In this document: piece after piece, positions 47,458 through 57,326 of the stretch
Position numbering within the stretch: the first letter of the stretch is position 1
Layout of the letters: each line of letters starts with the position of its first letter
DNA from: a virus
IMG/VR virus record: IMGVR_UViG_3300042013_000045
Coordinates: 64,001-128,000 of that record
Length of the DNA: 64,000 nt
Reading direction: 5' to 3' (one strand)
Translations under genes and position numbers: made by a program
Notes under the pieces: model-generated
Told to the model about the DNA's origin: nothing
The model's database searches: none
What the model saw: only the letters and a program-made list of their open reading frames with translations

Positions 47458-47962
47458 GTCCTTCGAACAGTTGGTGCATGTCGGTACCGTAAGGAATGAT
47501 GACCTCTTCGGTCTGTACCCACGCCTGACCGTTCCACTTGGACAACCCTACTACCAGTTCACCGTCAAGATGGACTGAGTATCGAGTATCGAGTTCAGGA
47601 TCTCTGTCATTAAGGATCTCGAACTCGACCGACATTGTACCGGTCACGCCCCAGTTAGGGTTAGACAGCGGTTCGAAGACTGTCTTACCGATGATCTCAA
47701 CCACGTGAAGACCGTTCATGGCTTTCGTGTTGACAACCAAATGGCGAAGACGACGACTGACTTCCATCATCTTCGCGAAATCTGTATCAGTGCCCATGTA
47801 CGCACGGATCTTCGCCAGTTCTTCTGCATGACCAAAGGTTTCCAGTTCCTCAAACATCTGTTCGATGCCTTTCAGTTGGTTCTGATACCAGATGCCGGTC
47901 ACCCCGTTCTCGGGATCGTACTTCAATGTGACAGGGTATTCGCTGTGATAATCATACTGCAT
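47402..47962 (-). CDS. hypothetical protein (paralogue of previous ORF)
   Basis: PVTL..D..NGV.GIW N-terminal motif. Confidence 0.55.
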   Translation of the reverse strand: MQYDYHSEYPVTLKYDPENGVTGIWYQNQLKGIEQMFEELETFGHAEELAKIRAYMGTDTDFAKMMEVSRRLRHLVVNTKAMNGLHVVEIIGKTVFEPLSNPNWGVTGTMSVEFEILNDRDPELDTRYSVHLDGELVVGLSKWNGQAWVQTEEVIIPYGTDMHQLFEGRDCTTTPVRPKGEPTSDQ

Positions 47963-48019
47963 CGGTCTTCTCCGGCGGATTATTTACGAGTTTTACGACG
48001 GCTGACTCTTCAGGGTTCC

Positions 48020-48607
48020 TTAAACACAGCCATGGGTGCGGGCACCGGAATCTTCTTTAGGTTTTGCTATAGAAGCCGTAGGGATGTCCACTGGATACTT
48101 CTTGGCGTGAATCTCCTTGACAGTCTTGATGAGTTCCTCGACGTTGTACCATTTGTATTGTTCAGCCTGGCGGATGTCAGAACGTACCATGAGGTCTTGG
48201 ATCTCTTCACGGGTCTCGCCGATCAGCATTGCGGCTTGGCCCTTCTCAGACTGTGACTCACTGCCAGAGTACGCCCAAGAGACACCTTCACCCATTGGCA
48301 TGGCACGGCAGTACTTCTCGTCATCGTCGCCATTGAGACCATTGGTCAAAGTGAACTCCATGTGGAACAGTTCCCCTTCCAATGTCAACAACAACACCTT
48401 AGGGAAGGATTGGGTCCCGTCGACACCGGCTTTCTTACCGTCCATCCACGGTTTGAGGTTAGTGGCAGCTTGGTTGAGCCAGATCATCAATCCCTTGGAG
48501 CAGACCCACCATTCCAGCGGCATAAAGACTTGGGTCATGCCAAAGGTGATGATATTGGTGTTGAAGAATAAGTGACCGTCTTTGTAGATAATAGTCTGGG
48601 CACTCAT
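48020..48607 (-). CDS. degenerate Ntn-hydrolase / HslV-like paralogue
   Basis: TIIYKDG.L start resembles the upstream gene but lacks the Thr at position 2. Confidence 0.45.
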   Translation of the reverse strand: MSAQTIIYKDGHLFFNTNIITFGMTQVFMPLEWWVCSKGLMIWLNQAATNLKPWMDGKKAGVDGTQSFPKVLLLTLEGELFHMEFTLTNGLNGDDDEKYCRAMPMGEGVSWAYSGSESQSEKGQAAMLIGETREEIQDLMVRSDIRQAEQYKWYNVEELIKTVKEIHAKKYPVDIPTASIAKPKEDSGARTHGCV

Positions 48608-49134
48608 GCTTTAATCTCCTTTGGGAACGCCTTCAGTTGCGTGTGCTTGATGGAAAGGACTTTGCTTGGGTAAGTGTAGTAGTCGAGCTTAATACCCCAC
48701 TCAACGGCTTCTATGGCCGTCTTACCGGCCAAGCAGGCAACCATCGCCGGATCACGGCCCGTACCGATAGTGCTGAACTCATCGCCGATGAGACGAGAGA
48801 AGTGCTGAGTATTGTCTCGACGAACGCCACGACTGTAAGCACAGTCTTTGGTGATGATGATCCAGTCACGACCATCTAAGACATCCGTGATCTCTTTAGG
48901 GATCACGGTCGTAGGAGCGAATCCGTCGCGATGGGCCATGAAAAAAGCAAGCAGCTTGATTTCAAAGTCCTTGATCCAATCGGGGTCAATGATCGCTCCA
49001 GAGATACCGTACGCAAAATGTTTACACGCACTGATACGAATCTTGGGGTAGGTACTGATGTAAGCCACCGACGTACCGGTCACAGCGGATGAATCAGAGG
49101 CGAGAACGCCGTCTTTATAAACGATCGTAGTCAT
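48604..49134 (-). CDS. HslV / proteasome-beta-like Ntn peptidase
   Basis: MTTIVYKDGVLASDS, KI, G.SG, TIGTG, A.EAV and D motifs. Confidence 0.7.
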   Translation of the reverse strand: MTTIVYKDGVLASDSSAVTGTSVAYISTYPKIRISACKHFAYGISGAIIDPDWIKDFEIKLLAFFMAHRDGFAPTTVIPKEITDVLDGRDWIIITKDCAYSRGVRRDNTQHFSRLIGDEFSTIGTGRDPAMVACLAGKTAIEAVEWGIKLDYYTYPSKVLSIKHTQLKAFPKEIKA

Positions 49135-49204
49135 GAGAGTTCCCTAGGGTTGACGGCATATAGCGCAGCACTAGTGCTGCGCTATACTCAGGCCGGACAG
49201 TAGA

Positions 49205-49537
49205 TCAGTAGTTCGCTTTACCGTGTGGAGCTTCGGTAGCTTTGTTCGGAGAACGAGTCGATGCCACGGCCTGCTGACGCTGAGGAGCGGCCGGGATCAC
49301 GACTTCGGTGATGGTGCCGTCGGCAGTGAACAGGATGGTGGAACCGGCTTTGACCGCAACTTCGCCTTCGAACTTCAGGCGAGCCGATACGTCGTTGCCC
49401 AGTTGCAGGTGGAGCCCGTTGTCGTTGATGTCGATCACGGTTGCGCTGTAATGCGTTACGCCTTCGATTTCAACGCGGTTCAGAGCGTCGGACAGGGTGT
49501 CGATGTACGGCTGGATCAGGGCGAGGTTCAGTTTCAT
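49205..49537 (-). CDS. hypothetical protein
   Basis: 110 aa, good codon bias. Confidence 0.55.
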   Translation of the reverse strand: MKLNLALIQPYIDTLSDALNRVEIEGVTHYSATVIDINDNGLHLQLGNDVSARLKFEGEVAVKAGSTILFTADGTITEVVIPAAPQRQQAVASTRSPNKATEAPHGKANY

Positions 49538-49539
49538 GA

Positions 49540-49725
49540 TTAAAATACCTGTTTGCGGATTGGGGTTGAGGGTTTCATTGAATCTACTGCAATTACATCA
49601 CGTACAATGCAAGTGTTCACCACACCATTGCAGACGCCAGCTTCGTTAAACTGCCACGTACTGGTAAGTTTAACACCAGTCGTGCGGGCAACCATGATGG
49701 ACTGGATACCACGAGAAGCTTTCAT
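49540..49725 (-). CDS. hypothetical protein
   Basis: 61 aa, fills a gap in a tightly packed operon. Confidence 0.4.
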   Translation of the reverse strand: MKASRGIQSIMVARTTGVKLTSTWQFNEAGVCNGVVNTCIVRDVIAVDSMKPSTPIRKQVF

Positions 49726-49949
49726 TTAGGTTCTTCGCTGCATGTACCCAAGATGGTCGGGTACTTTGGGTTGAAGGGGTAAGACACGACCCACTTGTCG
49801 TCGTGTTGCTTGACGATCAGCTTCTTCGGATCGATGGGTGGAGCGCCCAGAGCTGCATCGTTGTCGTCGTACCAGCGACAGAGGGCGACTTTCGTGTCCT
49901 CGTCGATTGCCACTGGATGACTAGGGTTAAGCTTGGACTTGAATTGCAT
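49722..49949 (-). CDS. hypothetical protein
   Basis: 75 aa, coupled. Confidence 0.5.
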   Translation of the reverse strand: MQFKSKLNPSHPVAIDEDTKVALCRWYDDNDAALGAPPIDPKKLIVKQHDDKWVVSYPFNPKYPTILGTCSEEPK

Positions 49950-49951
49950 GA

Positions 49952-50224
49952 TTAGCCACCTGTAGCTGCGCGGTCGTAGTAACGTTGGAGTTTCTCATAC
50001 AATTTCTGCTTGCGCTTGGTGATGCGCGTGCTGATGCCCAGTGGCGAGGTGTGCTGAGAATTCCAGAATACTTCCCGCAGGTTGGTATGATCATTCAAGA
50101 TGCACACCATGTAGCTGTCGCACAGACGGCGGTGCGGAGCACGGTGCATCTTTTCATGCTTCTGACGATCGAGACCTTCTGTCCCAACGTACTGGAAATG
50201 TTTCTTACCAAGACGACGACACAT
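49952..50224 (-). CDS. hypothetical basic protein
   Basis: 90 aa, AGGAG RBS. Confidence 0.55.
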   Translation of the reverse strand: MCRRLGKKHFQYVGTEGLDRQKHEKMHRAPHRRLCDSYMVCILNDHTNLREVFWNSQHTSPLGISTRITKRKQKLYEKLQRYYDRAATGG

Positions 50225-50233
50225 GGCCGCTCC

Positions 50234-50479
50234 TTATTTGACAGGGGTACATTCCAACTTGACGCCAGTGATGTTGTTCGCCAGTCGTTCACCTTGCCGA
50301 GACTGCCAGAGGTCTGGGTAGCTCGTTTTGGTGTACTCTTCATTACGGGCATACGTCAATGCCACCGCAGCACGCAGCGAATGGCAATCGTCCATCGACT
50401 CCGTAGGGGTGATGTCAACACTGAAGCCGTGAACCCCAGCGGTGACGGTGAGAACCAATGCTGCGCCGACGGATGACAT
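50234..50479 (-). CDS. hypothetical protein
   Basis: 81 aa, AGGAG RBS. Confidence 0.5.
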   Translation of the reverse strand: MSSVGAALVLTVTAGVHGFSVDITPTESMDDCHSLRAAVALTYARNEEYTKTSYPDLWQSRQGERLANNITGVKLECTPVK

Positions 50480-50488
50480 GACTGCTCC

Positions 50489-50782
50489 TTAATTAGTACG
50501 GATGGTTGTAGCTTTCGCAATGAGGCCCGAACACACCACGCCAGAGATCTGGTACCCATCACGGTTCTTGCCCGTGAACCCCTGACTGATCGAATCGCTA
50601 CCACACGCCCACGGCTTGTAACCGGTTAAAGTCACCTCCGTGTAACCTGCCTCTTTCAAGACACGCTTGGTGTTAGGTGGTGATTTGACATTCTCGTGCA
50701 TGATGGATAAAGCACCACCGCCGAGTATCACCAGATAAATCAACCACATATACGGGGATGATGAACGAGTCTTTCTGTACAT
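50489..50782 (-). CDS. conserved small phage membrane protein
   Basis: TM helix, then L..AGYT....TGY..WAC.......GF.......V.GVVCSG. Confidence 0.6.
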   Translation of the reverse strand: MYRKTRSSSPYMWLIYLVILGGGALSIMHENVKSPPNTKRVLKEAGYTEVTLTGYKPWACGSDSISQGFTGKNRDGYQISGVVCSGLIAKATTIRTN

Positions 50783-50835
50783 GTAACGCTCCGAATAGAA
50801 AGAGGGTGGTCACCCACCCTCTCCATTGCTACGGG

Positions 50836-52767
50836 TTAAGAAGCTGACACAGTACCAGTGACGACTTGGGTTTTCAGAGGGACTTCTGCGCCTGCCGGAT
50901 CTTCAACCAGATCTTCTTCGTCAACCTTCACGTAACGATCGACGATACGCGGGAACTTCGACACCTCAGGCTGCACAAGGTAGCCGTGCAAGGAGATGGC
51001 GTAGATCGCGAACTCACGACCCATCAGCACCGCATGTTCACGGGTGTACTTGACGCGCAGTTCGATGGTAGCCAACTGACCGTTACGCTGGGCGTGTGGG
51101 TCGAATGCACCGATCGGGAAGCCCACTGCTTGCTGACCATCGCAACGCGGGATCGCCGTAGCAGCCGAGTAGTCTTCCAGTGCACGACGGTGATCGTACA
51201 GCTCGTTGAGCAGGCAGCTGGCGAACAGCGTAGGACGTGGCGCGCCCGGAGCTACCAGATCATCCAACAGGAAGATGACCGATGGCGACGAGTTCGACTT
51301 GTCCAGACCGATGGTTTCAGGCGTGGTTACCGCCGGAATGTTGATGACCAGGTCGTTACCCTGACGCTCGGTTTTGTCGGTCACCATCGTGGTCACAGAG
51401 AACACGGACTCGTACGAGAACATGATGTGCGGGCACGGGCTCTCGATGGTGTCCCAAGTAAAGATCTTCTTCGCTTCCGGGTTAGCCATGCTGTTCCAGA
51501 ACGCTGGACGCATCCGGGTGTTGACCGGGATGATCAGCGCCATGCTTTCGACATGTGGCATGACTTCGTTGAAGAAGTAACCGACGTCAGTGGTACCCGG
51601 TACGCGCAGTGGGCCGTTCGGGGTATCTTTGCCGTCTACCTTGGCCTTGACTTTCGCGAAGTCAGCAAAGGAAGCCTGAGTGGTCGCGTCAGCCGGTTTA
51701 ACGACTTCGGTGTACTTGGACTTCGACTCCCATACAACCGGCAAAGCCGCTTCAGGGGTTTCCACTTGTTCCAGAGACGCCATGTAGCCGTTCTCTTCGA
51801 GGAACATGAGGGTGCCACCGATCTGCTTGGTCGAAGCAGGGGCCGAGGTGCGGCGATGCTTCAGACCGCTGGACTGAGTCTTCCAGAAGCCTTGTACCGC
51901 TTCGACGTTGGTCTTCGAATTGCCAGCCTTCTCCAGCTCGACTACCTTGGCGATGGTTTTACCCAGCAGGCTGTTCTTCAAAGTCAGCAGGTTCTGATCC
52001 GCCAGCGCGTAACGCCACACCATGTTGACAATCGCGGTTTCACGAGCGTACGGGTTGCCCAGTACTTCGTAAGACGGCGAAGCCTTCAGGGTTGCGATGG
52101 TAGCCAGGAAACCTTTGGTCAGGTGCAGGTTTTCTTCAGACGACGCTACGTGTTTCAGGACGCCCGATTGGAACCACTGCTCCATGATCGCTACAGCCGC
52201 AAACGGGGTGTTAACCGCGAAACGGATCAGGGCTTCGACCTGAGCGTGCAGCTTGCCCGGATCAGGCATGTTCAGCTTCTTCAGCGTCAGCGGGCTGTGA
52301 GGAGTCATCAACGACGACTCAACATAGAAGTGACGGAACTCTTTGCCGCCGTTGTTGGTCTGCTCGGTGTAATGAGCGTACGACGAGTTCATGTTGAAGA
52401 CCGAGCTCACACGCGCTTCTTCGACGAAGCGTTTCATGTCAGCCACGACCTTCTTCATTACTGGGTCAGACACAACGTCCGGGTTCCAGTAAACAGAATG
52501 CGAACCCATGTTGTCCAAGAACACCACCGAACCCATGCGAGCAAAGAAGCGAGCGCAGTGAGAGCAGTTCAGTTGCTTGCGCAGCTGGACAGCGTACTCT
52601 TCACCCTGTACTTCCAGCGCGTGCGACGAGATCAGGAACAGGAACTTGGCAGCCAGAGTCTTGCGAATCTGGGTATTGAAGAAGACACCGTGAGGCTTGG
52701 ACAGCAGCTCGTTGGAGGCAGCCTGCAATTCGTCCAGAGTCTTGTGGTAGTCGTAAACGTATTCCAT
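50836..52767 (-). CDS. conserved jumbo-phage hypothetical protein (CxxC)
   Basis: 643 aa, NCSHCARFF motif, strong codon bias. Confidence 0.7.
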   Translation of the reverse strand: MEYVYDYHKTLDELQAASNELLSKPHGVFFNTQIRKTLAAKFLFLISSHALEVQGEEYAVQLRKQLNCSHCARFFARMGSVVFLDNMGSHSVYWNPDVVSDPVMKKVVADMKRFVEEARVSSVFNMNSSYAHYTEQTNNGGKEFRHFYVESSLMTPHSPLTLKKLNMPDPGKLHAQVEALIRFAVNTPFAAVAIMEQWFQSGVLKHVASSEENLHLTKGFLATIATLKASPSYEVLGNPYARETAIVNMVWRYALADQNLLTLKNSLLGKTIAKVVELEKAGNSKTNVEAVQGFWKTQSSGLKHRRTSAPASTKQIGGTLMFLEENGYMASLEQVETPEAALPVVWESKSKYTEVVKPADATTQASFADFAKVKAKVDGKDTPNGPLRVPGTTDVGYFFNEVMPHVESMALIIPVNTRMRPAFWNSMANPEAKKIFTWDTIESPCPHIMFSYESVFSVTTMVTDKTERQGNDLVINIPAVTTPETIGLDKSNSSPSVIFLLDDLVAPGAPRPTLFASCLLNELYDHRRALEDYSAATAIPRCDGQQAVGFPIGAFDPHAQRNGQLATIELRVKYTREHAVLMGREFAIYAISLHGYLVQPEVSKFPRIVDRYVKVDEEDLVEDPAGAEVPLKTQVVTGTVSAS

Positions 52768-52783
52768 GTGTTGCTCCTTGCGG

Positions 52784-52876
52784 TTAAAGTTTGATGAAAC
52801 GTTTGCGGATCAATGCCACAAAGCGTTTATAAAGGGTTGGCTTTTGTTTGCGGTACTTCGTTTGGATATGTTGCAT
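52784..52876 (-). CDS. possible 30-aa basic peptide (not in ORF track)
   Basis: MQHIQTKYRKQKPTLYKRFVALIRKRFIKL; its stop abuts the RBS of the next gene. Confidence 0.3.
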   Translation of the reverse strand: MQHIQTKYRKQKPTLYKRFVALIRKRFIKL

Positions 52877-53011
52877 GGTGACATTGTTACCGTAGGTTTT
52901 GCACACTTTACTTCATCGTCCTAAGTGCTAGCACAACATGGTTAGGTTGAGTATCTTTTTACCCTCACGGCATAGACAGGAGCCCGCGAAGGCTCCTGCC
53001 TAGCTATGGGT

Positions 53012-54301
53012 TTACCAGCGACTGGCCATCGCTGGAATGACTTCGTACGAAGTACTGGCGAGTTTTGGGTTCACCTGATATTCGAGGAAGTTCACGTTCA
53101 TGCCTTCTTCGGTCAGTTCCAATACCAAGGTAAAGGCCTCGGACTTGAACTTGGCGCGATGTACCTTTGGCATGTCGGAGCGGTTCAGTTGCAACACGAA
53201 CCGATCGTCACCCACGGGACGCGCATCAAGGAAGCGCTTGTGGATCACGAAGCCACCGTCGTCAAACACTTCACCCATGATCAGCGGCTTGAAAGTCAAC
53301 CGGATGCGCTGGTGCATTGGGTTGTCCCAGACACGCTGGCGGCGGATGCTCTCGGCCTTGAAGTAGTACTTGCGGGCTTCAGGGTCCTTGTGAGCGCCAA
53401 TCGTCAGTGCGTGAGCCAAGATGGCACGGCCAGCTTTGGTCAAGTGAGAGTTATCGTCACGGAACCATTGCGGGTAATGCTTTTCAGCCCATGGAGCATA
53501 ACGGCTCAAGTGCTTGCGCATCTGCTCACAGTTCACACCACCACCGGCTTCCATGTAATACAGGTGCATACCACGGGTGGAGTCCACCATTGCTTCCGAC
53601 ATGTGTTCAGCGTCAGGGAGTACAACCATCCCTTTAGCCACTTCATTCATCGGTTGCAGTTCAGCCGGAATGGAGTCGATCATGCGAATGCCTTCTTCGC
53701 AATCACCTTCTTCCAACACAGCCTTTAACTTGGCGAACCAATCAGCGCCGGTGTAAGTGCCCATGGTCCGAAGACCTTCATCGAGCAGCTCATTGACCAT
53801 CTGCTCATCTTCTTCAGCCGCCAAACCGACAGGCTCGTCGAGCACGTAACTCGGCTCAACCGGGACCATACCCATTGGAACGCTGACTTCGATAACCCGA
53901 GTCATCTCCTCGATGATCTCACGCGGGGTATTGATCGGTGTACCTTCTTCACGAGGGTACATGGAATCGACCAGCGAAGTGTCGAACGGATTCGTCACAG
54001 GTGTAGCGCTTGGGACCGCACCTCGGATGTCCTGAGGATCGGTACCATCAGGGAGGCCATCAATAATGCCCACAACGCCCCAACCAGTAACGCTAACGAA
54101 GTAACCATCCCAACCAATCCGACTGTCAACACATGGTGACAAGAAGACAGGTGTCGGGAGTGCGAGTTCACCCGGTTGCAGCGGTGCAATAGTGGACATC
54201 ACTTCGAAAGCTTTAGCGCAGACGTCACCGAAGGTGTTGCCAATCTCTACAACAGTGGCCAGCGAGTCTTCAAGACTACCGCGATGTTCACGGAATTTCA
54301 T
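53012..54301 (-). CDS. multi-domain hypothetical protein
   Basis: 429 aa, N-terminal FREHRGSLEDS motif. Confidence 0.65.
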   Translation of the reverse strand: MKFREHRGSLEDSLATVVEIGNTFGDVCAKAFEVMSTIAPLQPGELALPTPVFLSPCVDSRIGWDGYFVSVTGWGVVGIIDGLPDGTDPQDIRGAVPSATPVTNPFDTSLVDSMYPREEGTPINTPREIIEEMTRVIEVSVPMGMVPVEPSYVLDEPVGLAAEEDEQMVNELLDEGLRTMGTYTGADWFAKLKAVLEEGDCEEGIRMIDSIPAELQPMNEVAKGMVVLPDAEHMSEAMVDSTRGMHLYYMEAGGGVNCEQMRKHLSRYAPWAEKHYPQWFRDDNSHLTKAGRAILAHALTIGAHKDPEARKYYFKAESIRRQRVWDNPMHQRIRLTFKPLIMGEVFDDGGFVIHKRFLDARPVGDDRFVLQLNRSDMPKVHRAKFKSEAFTLVLELTEEGMNVNFLEYQVNPKLASTSYEVIPAMASRW

Positions 54302-54878
54302 GTGCGTTTCCTAGGTTGAGTGCAGGATTGGTTTTGAGAGCTTCCAGAAGTTCACCCTTGGTGCCACTGACAGCCAAGCGTAATAACTCTTTCAAGCTCT
54401 TATCTAAGTTATTGCGTTCTGTAAGGAACGCTCCCATCTCAGCTGAAGTAACTGGGCCGAGTGGGGTATGCATTAATTCGTGTACTTCGATGCCAGCTAC
54501 TTTCAACTTCCGATAACTTACGGTGTTGACTTGTGAATGATAGTACCGATCATTCATCATGATAGCGGAGTCTGGCAGTTCCTTGAAGCGCCCCAGTACC
54601 TGTCCAATGAAACCGTAACCTTTAATGAACACAGCTTTCCAGCTGTAATCACCTGGCTCGTATAACCCAAATAGGTCGAGCAGGACGTCGCTGTCATCAA
54701 ACTTGACAGTCGGGTAACGCTCACGTACTGCCTTGATAATGGCAGTGATGGTAGGTTCCAGGTCTGTAACCTGATTCTTTATATCCAAGTAAGAGTCCAC
54801 GTAGAACGATAGCTCAAACCGTGAACTGTCCCCGGTGTAATCGAGGTCGCTTTTAGAACGCTTCAAGGTTGTTTCCAT
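54288..54878 (-). CDS. hypothetical protein
   Basis: 196 aa. Confidence 0.55.
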   Translation of the reverse strand: METTLKRSKSDLDYTGDSSRFELSFYVDSYLDIKNQVTDLEPTITAIIKAVRERYPTVKFDDSDVLLDLFGLYEPGDYSWKAVFIKGYGFIGQVLGRFKELPDSAIMMNDRYYHSQVNTVSYRKLKVAGIEVHELMHTPLGPVTSAEMGAFLTERNNLDKSLKELLRLAVSGTKGELLEALKTNPALNLGNAHEIP

Positions 54879-54908
54879 GTGCCCATCCAGGTTGATAATG
54901 CTCAGTAG

Positions 54909-55364
54909 TTAAGACCGACCATACAGTGCATCAATGATCCGGTATTTGTTGGTGTCATCAAGAAGGTTGATCGAGAACTTGGCCAACTTCAATGGCATCA
55001 AGTCACCGTTCTTGTCCACAAGGAACCATCCGTCCAGTTCCGCTTGGGACTTGGAACTAGGGATCGTGTTGCGGATGAACCCTTCTAAAACCTTCGCTTC
55101 AGCGCGAGTGATCTTGCCGTTTCGATAGTGGGTGTAGTCCACCAGCTCGAGTTCGGTAATGTAACGTGGAGCGGTGTAGTCACTGCGGCACTTCTCAGTA
55201 GCCTTGGCGATACCCACTTCATCCCCTTTCATCACTGCTCGGCGTGTCACAAACCGTGCGAGCGACGACTTCTGATCACGGAGCGCAGTGCCCATGATCA
55301 CATACATCTCTTGCCCCGGTTGCCCCATCACAACCGGAATAACATATTTCCCTTTAGACATCAT
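54909..55364 (-). CDS. hypothetical early protein
   Basis: Likely start MMSKGK; downstream of the promoter at 55507. Confidence 0.55.
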   Translation of the reverse strand: MMSKGKYVIPVVMGQPGQEMYVIMGTALRDQKSSLARFVTRRAVMKGDEVGIAKATEKCRSDYTAPRYITELELVDYTHYRNGKITRAEAKVLEGFIRNTIPSSKSQAELDGWFLVDKNGDLMPLKLAKFSINLLDDTNKYRIIDALYGRS

Positions 55365-55493
55365 GAATCCTTCGTGCTTAGTGGTTAAGTTTGCCCCTCT
55401 TTGTGGGCTTGTCACAGTATAAGCACGACCTTAAGATAACTGGGACTTTTATAAAAGTACTTGGTTAACGGTAAAGTCGAGTTGAGGCGACCA

Positions 55494-55531
55494 CCTTCAC
55501 GTTAGTAATGTAGGTCCTTAATAAATTTGAA
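55494..55531 (-). promoter_or_regulatory. phage promoter motif copy
   Basis: - strand TTCAAA-N13-TACATT-N6-GTGAAGG. Confidence 0.6.
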
Positions 55532-55572
55532 TGGAGGGCATAAAAGCAGGCCGAAGCCTGCCCCTATGTTTA

Positions 55573-56061
55573 TCACAGTACGCCTGGCAGACCCATGACA
55601 ACGAACGCACCTTCCAGATCAAGGAAGTACGTCCCGAAGGTACCTTCCGTGTTCTTATAGATGCGTCCCTTAGGCAGAACAGAATCGGTCTTGCCGATGA
55701 TTGACCAAGTCGACGTACCGGTGTTCCACCGATGGACATCTTGGTTACGGGTATCGATGATATCGGTCTTCACTGGCTGCGCAGAAGCTTTCATCGAAGT
55801 GATTTCAGCATCGGTGGCAGCCATGCGGAACCGCGTGACAAGAGGTGCTGGTGCGAACGAGAGCCCTACGTTACTCTGAGCAATGAAAGGTATCTCCCCC
55901 ACATTGCCTTTAGAACTCGCGCCAATCTCGTCCAGTGTTTTACCCCCAAGCTTGGCAGAGTCAGCCGCCTGCTCGGTCTTTCCAAGCTTGGTGCCGATCT
56001 TCAGTTTGATCGCCGTAGAGAACTCATGAAGCTTGGCGATGAATACGGTTAATGCTGTCAT
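55573..56061 (-). CDS. short fibre-tip paralogue lacking the central domain
   Basis: N- and C-termini align with 56092..57231; central ~215 aa absent. Confidence 0.7.
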   Translation of the reverse strand: MTALTVFIAKLHEFSTAIKLKIGTKLGKTEQAADSAKLGGKTLDEIGASSKGNVGEIPFIAQSNVGLSFAPAPLVTRFRMAATDAEITSMKASAQPVKTDIIDTRNQDVHRWNTGTSTWSIIGKTDSVLPKGRIYKNTEGTFGTYFLDLEGAFVVMGLPGVL

Positions 56062-56091
56062 GTTCCGTTCCCTGTTTATTTTGCGTCGGGG

Positions 56092-57231
56092 TTATGAACC
56101 GCCACCACCGCCGCCCAATGTAAGCCAGCTCCCATCCATGTCCAAGAAATAGGACCAGTAGGGAGTCTCTGTGTTCTTGTAGATCCGTCCCCTAGGTAGG
56201 ACTGCGCCACTCTTACCCACTACGCTCCACGTCTGGGTGGTGTTGTTCCACCGGTGCAGGTCTTGGTTGCGAGTGTCGATGATGTCAGTCTTCGGGGTTG
56301 GTATAATGAGGTTGTCGTAAGTGGTGTTCGGCTGAGACAGCGAGTAGTAACCAAACGCTGCCTTGCCTTTGAACGGATCGGGAATCGCCCCCGTCCACTT
56401 GATCTCACCGGCAGGCCAATACGTCCCATCAGGTTTGCGGACTTCCACTTCCATGGTGTCGTTAGGCAAGCGCTTGGCTGTAATACGGATACCGCCAGCA
56501 ACCGCTGCCCCACCATTGAAACCAGACCGGGGTAGGCCAAGTTCCTTTTGGAAGATCAGACTCAGACCACGACCAACCCCTTGGTTCAGGTTGACCACGA
56601 TGTACATGCTCGGTAGGGCAGTGGTACTGTAACTGTCCCATGTGTATCCACCAGTGGTTACGCCACACACCAGCGTGGTCTCAGCCCCGCCTACGGTCTT
56701 AAAGGCCAGTACCATACCGATGGAGTCGTCATCCGCACTGTTAGACTTCACGATCATGTCAAAGACATATTCGGAGAACTCATACGGACTGATCAGGCCA
56801 CACATGGAGCCCGTGTTCATGGTCATGGTCACACGGTCAGTCGCACCGTCGTACGTCCACGATTCCATTTCAGAAGGAACTGCCGGATATACACCAGTGT
56901 TGTTGTGTGAGGTACGCTTCCATTTGTTGAACACGTCAGCCATGGACTGGGTACTGCCTTTCATGGCAGTCAGTTCAGCGTCGGTACTCGCCATGCGGAT
57001 CTTGGTGAGCAGCTGGGCTGGGGCGAAGTTCAGGCCAGAGTTAGCCTGCGCAATGAAGGGGGTTTCGTTCGGGTTGCCAAGAGCGTTAGCGCCGATTTGA
57101 GCCAAGGTCTTACCAGCCAACTTGGCAGAATCCGCTGCCGTCTCTGTACGCCCCAACTTGCTATCCACTTTCAACTTGATCGCGGTCGAGAACTCGTGCA
57201 GCTTCCCTTGGAGGATGGTTAGTGCTGACAT
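56092..57231 (-). CDS. fibre-tip / receptor-binding-like protein with thrombospondin-C/lectin-like domain
   Basis: KLG.TE.AADSAKL.GKT module; ADDDSIG and GKAAFGYYSLSQ resemble TSP-C beta-sandwich motifs. Confidence 0.65.
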   Translation of the reverse strand: MSALTILQGKLHEFSTAIKLKVDSKLGRTETAADSAKLAGKTLAQIGANALGNPNETPFIAQANSGLNFAPAQLLTKIRMASTDAELTAMKGSTQSMADVFNKWKRTSHNNTGVYPAVPSEMESWTYDGATDRVTMTMNTGSMCGLISPYEFSEYVFDMIVKSNSADDDSIGMVLAFKTVGGAETTLVCGVTTGGYTWDSYSTTALPSMYIVVNLNQGVGRGLSLIFQKELGLPRSGFNGGAAVAGGIRITAKRLPNDTMEVEVRKPDGTYWPAGEIKWTGAIPDPFKGKAAFGYYSLSQPNTTYDNLIIPTPKTDIIDTRNQDLHRWNNTTQTWSVVGKSGAVLPRGRIYKNTETPYWSYFLDMDGSWLTLGGGGGGS

Positions 57232-57326
57232 GGTTATAATCCTGTACTGAAATTGACGCGACATAGTATCTCAGCAAAAAAGAATGCATACACAGCGGAG
57301 CCGCAATGGCTCCGCTGTGTGATGAC

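Noticed and set aside
50866-52794. 642-aa + strand ORF
   Set aside because: Shadow of the 643-aa - strand gene.
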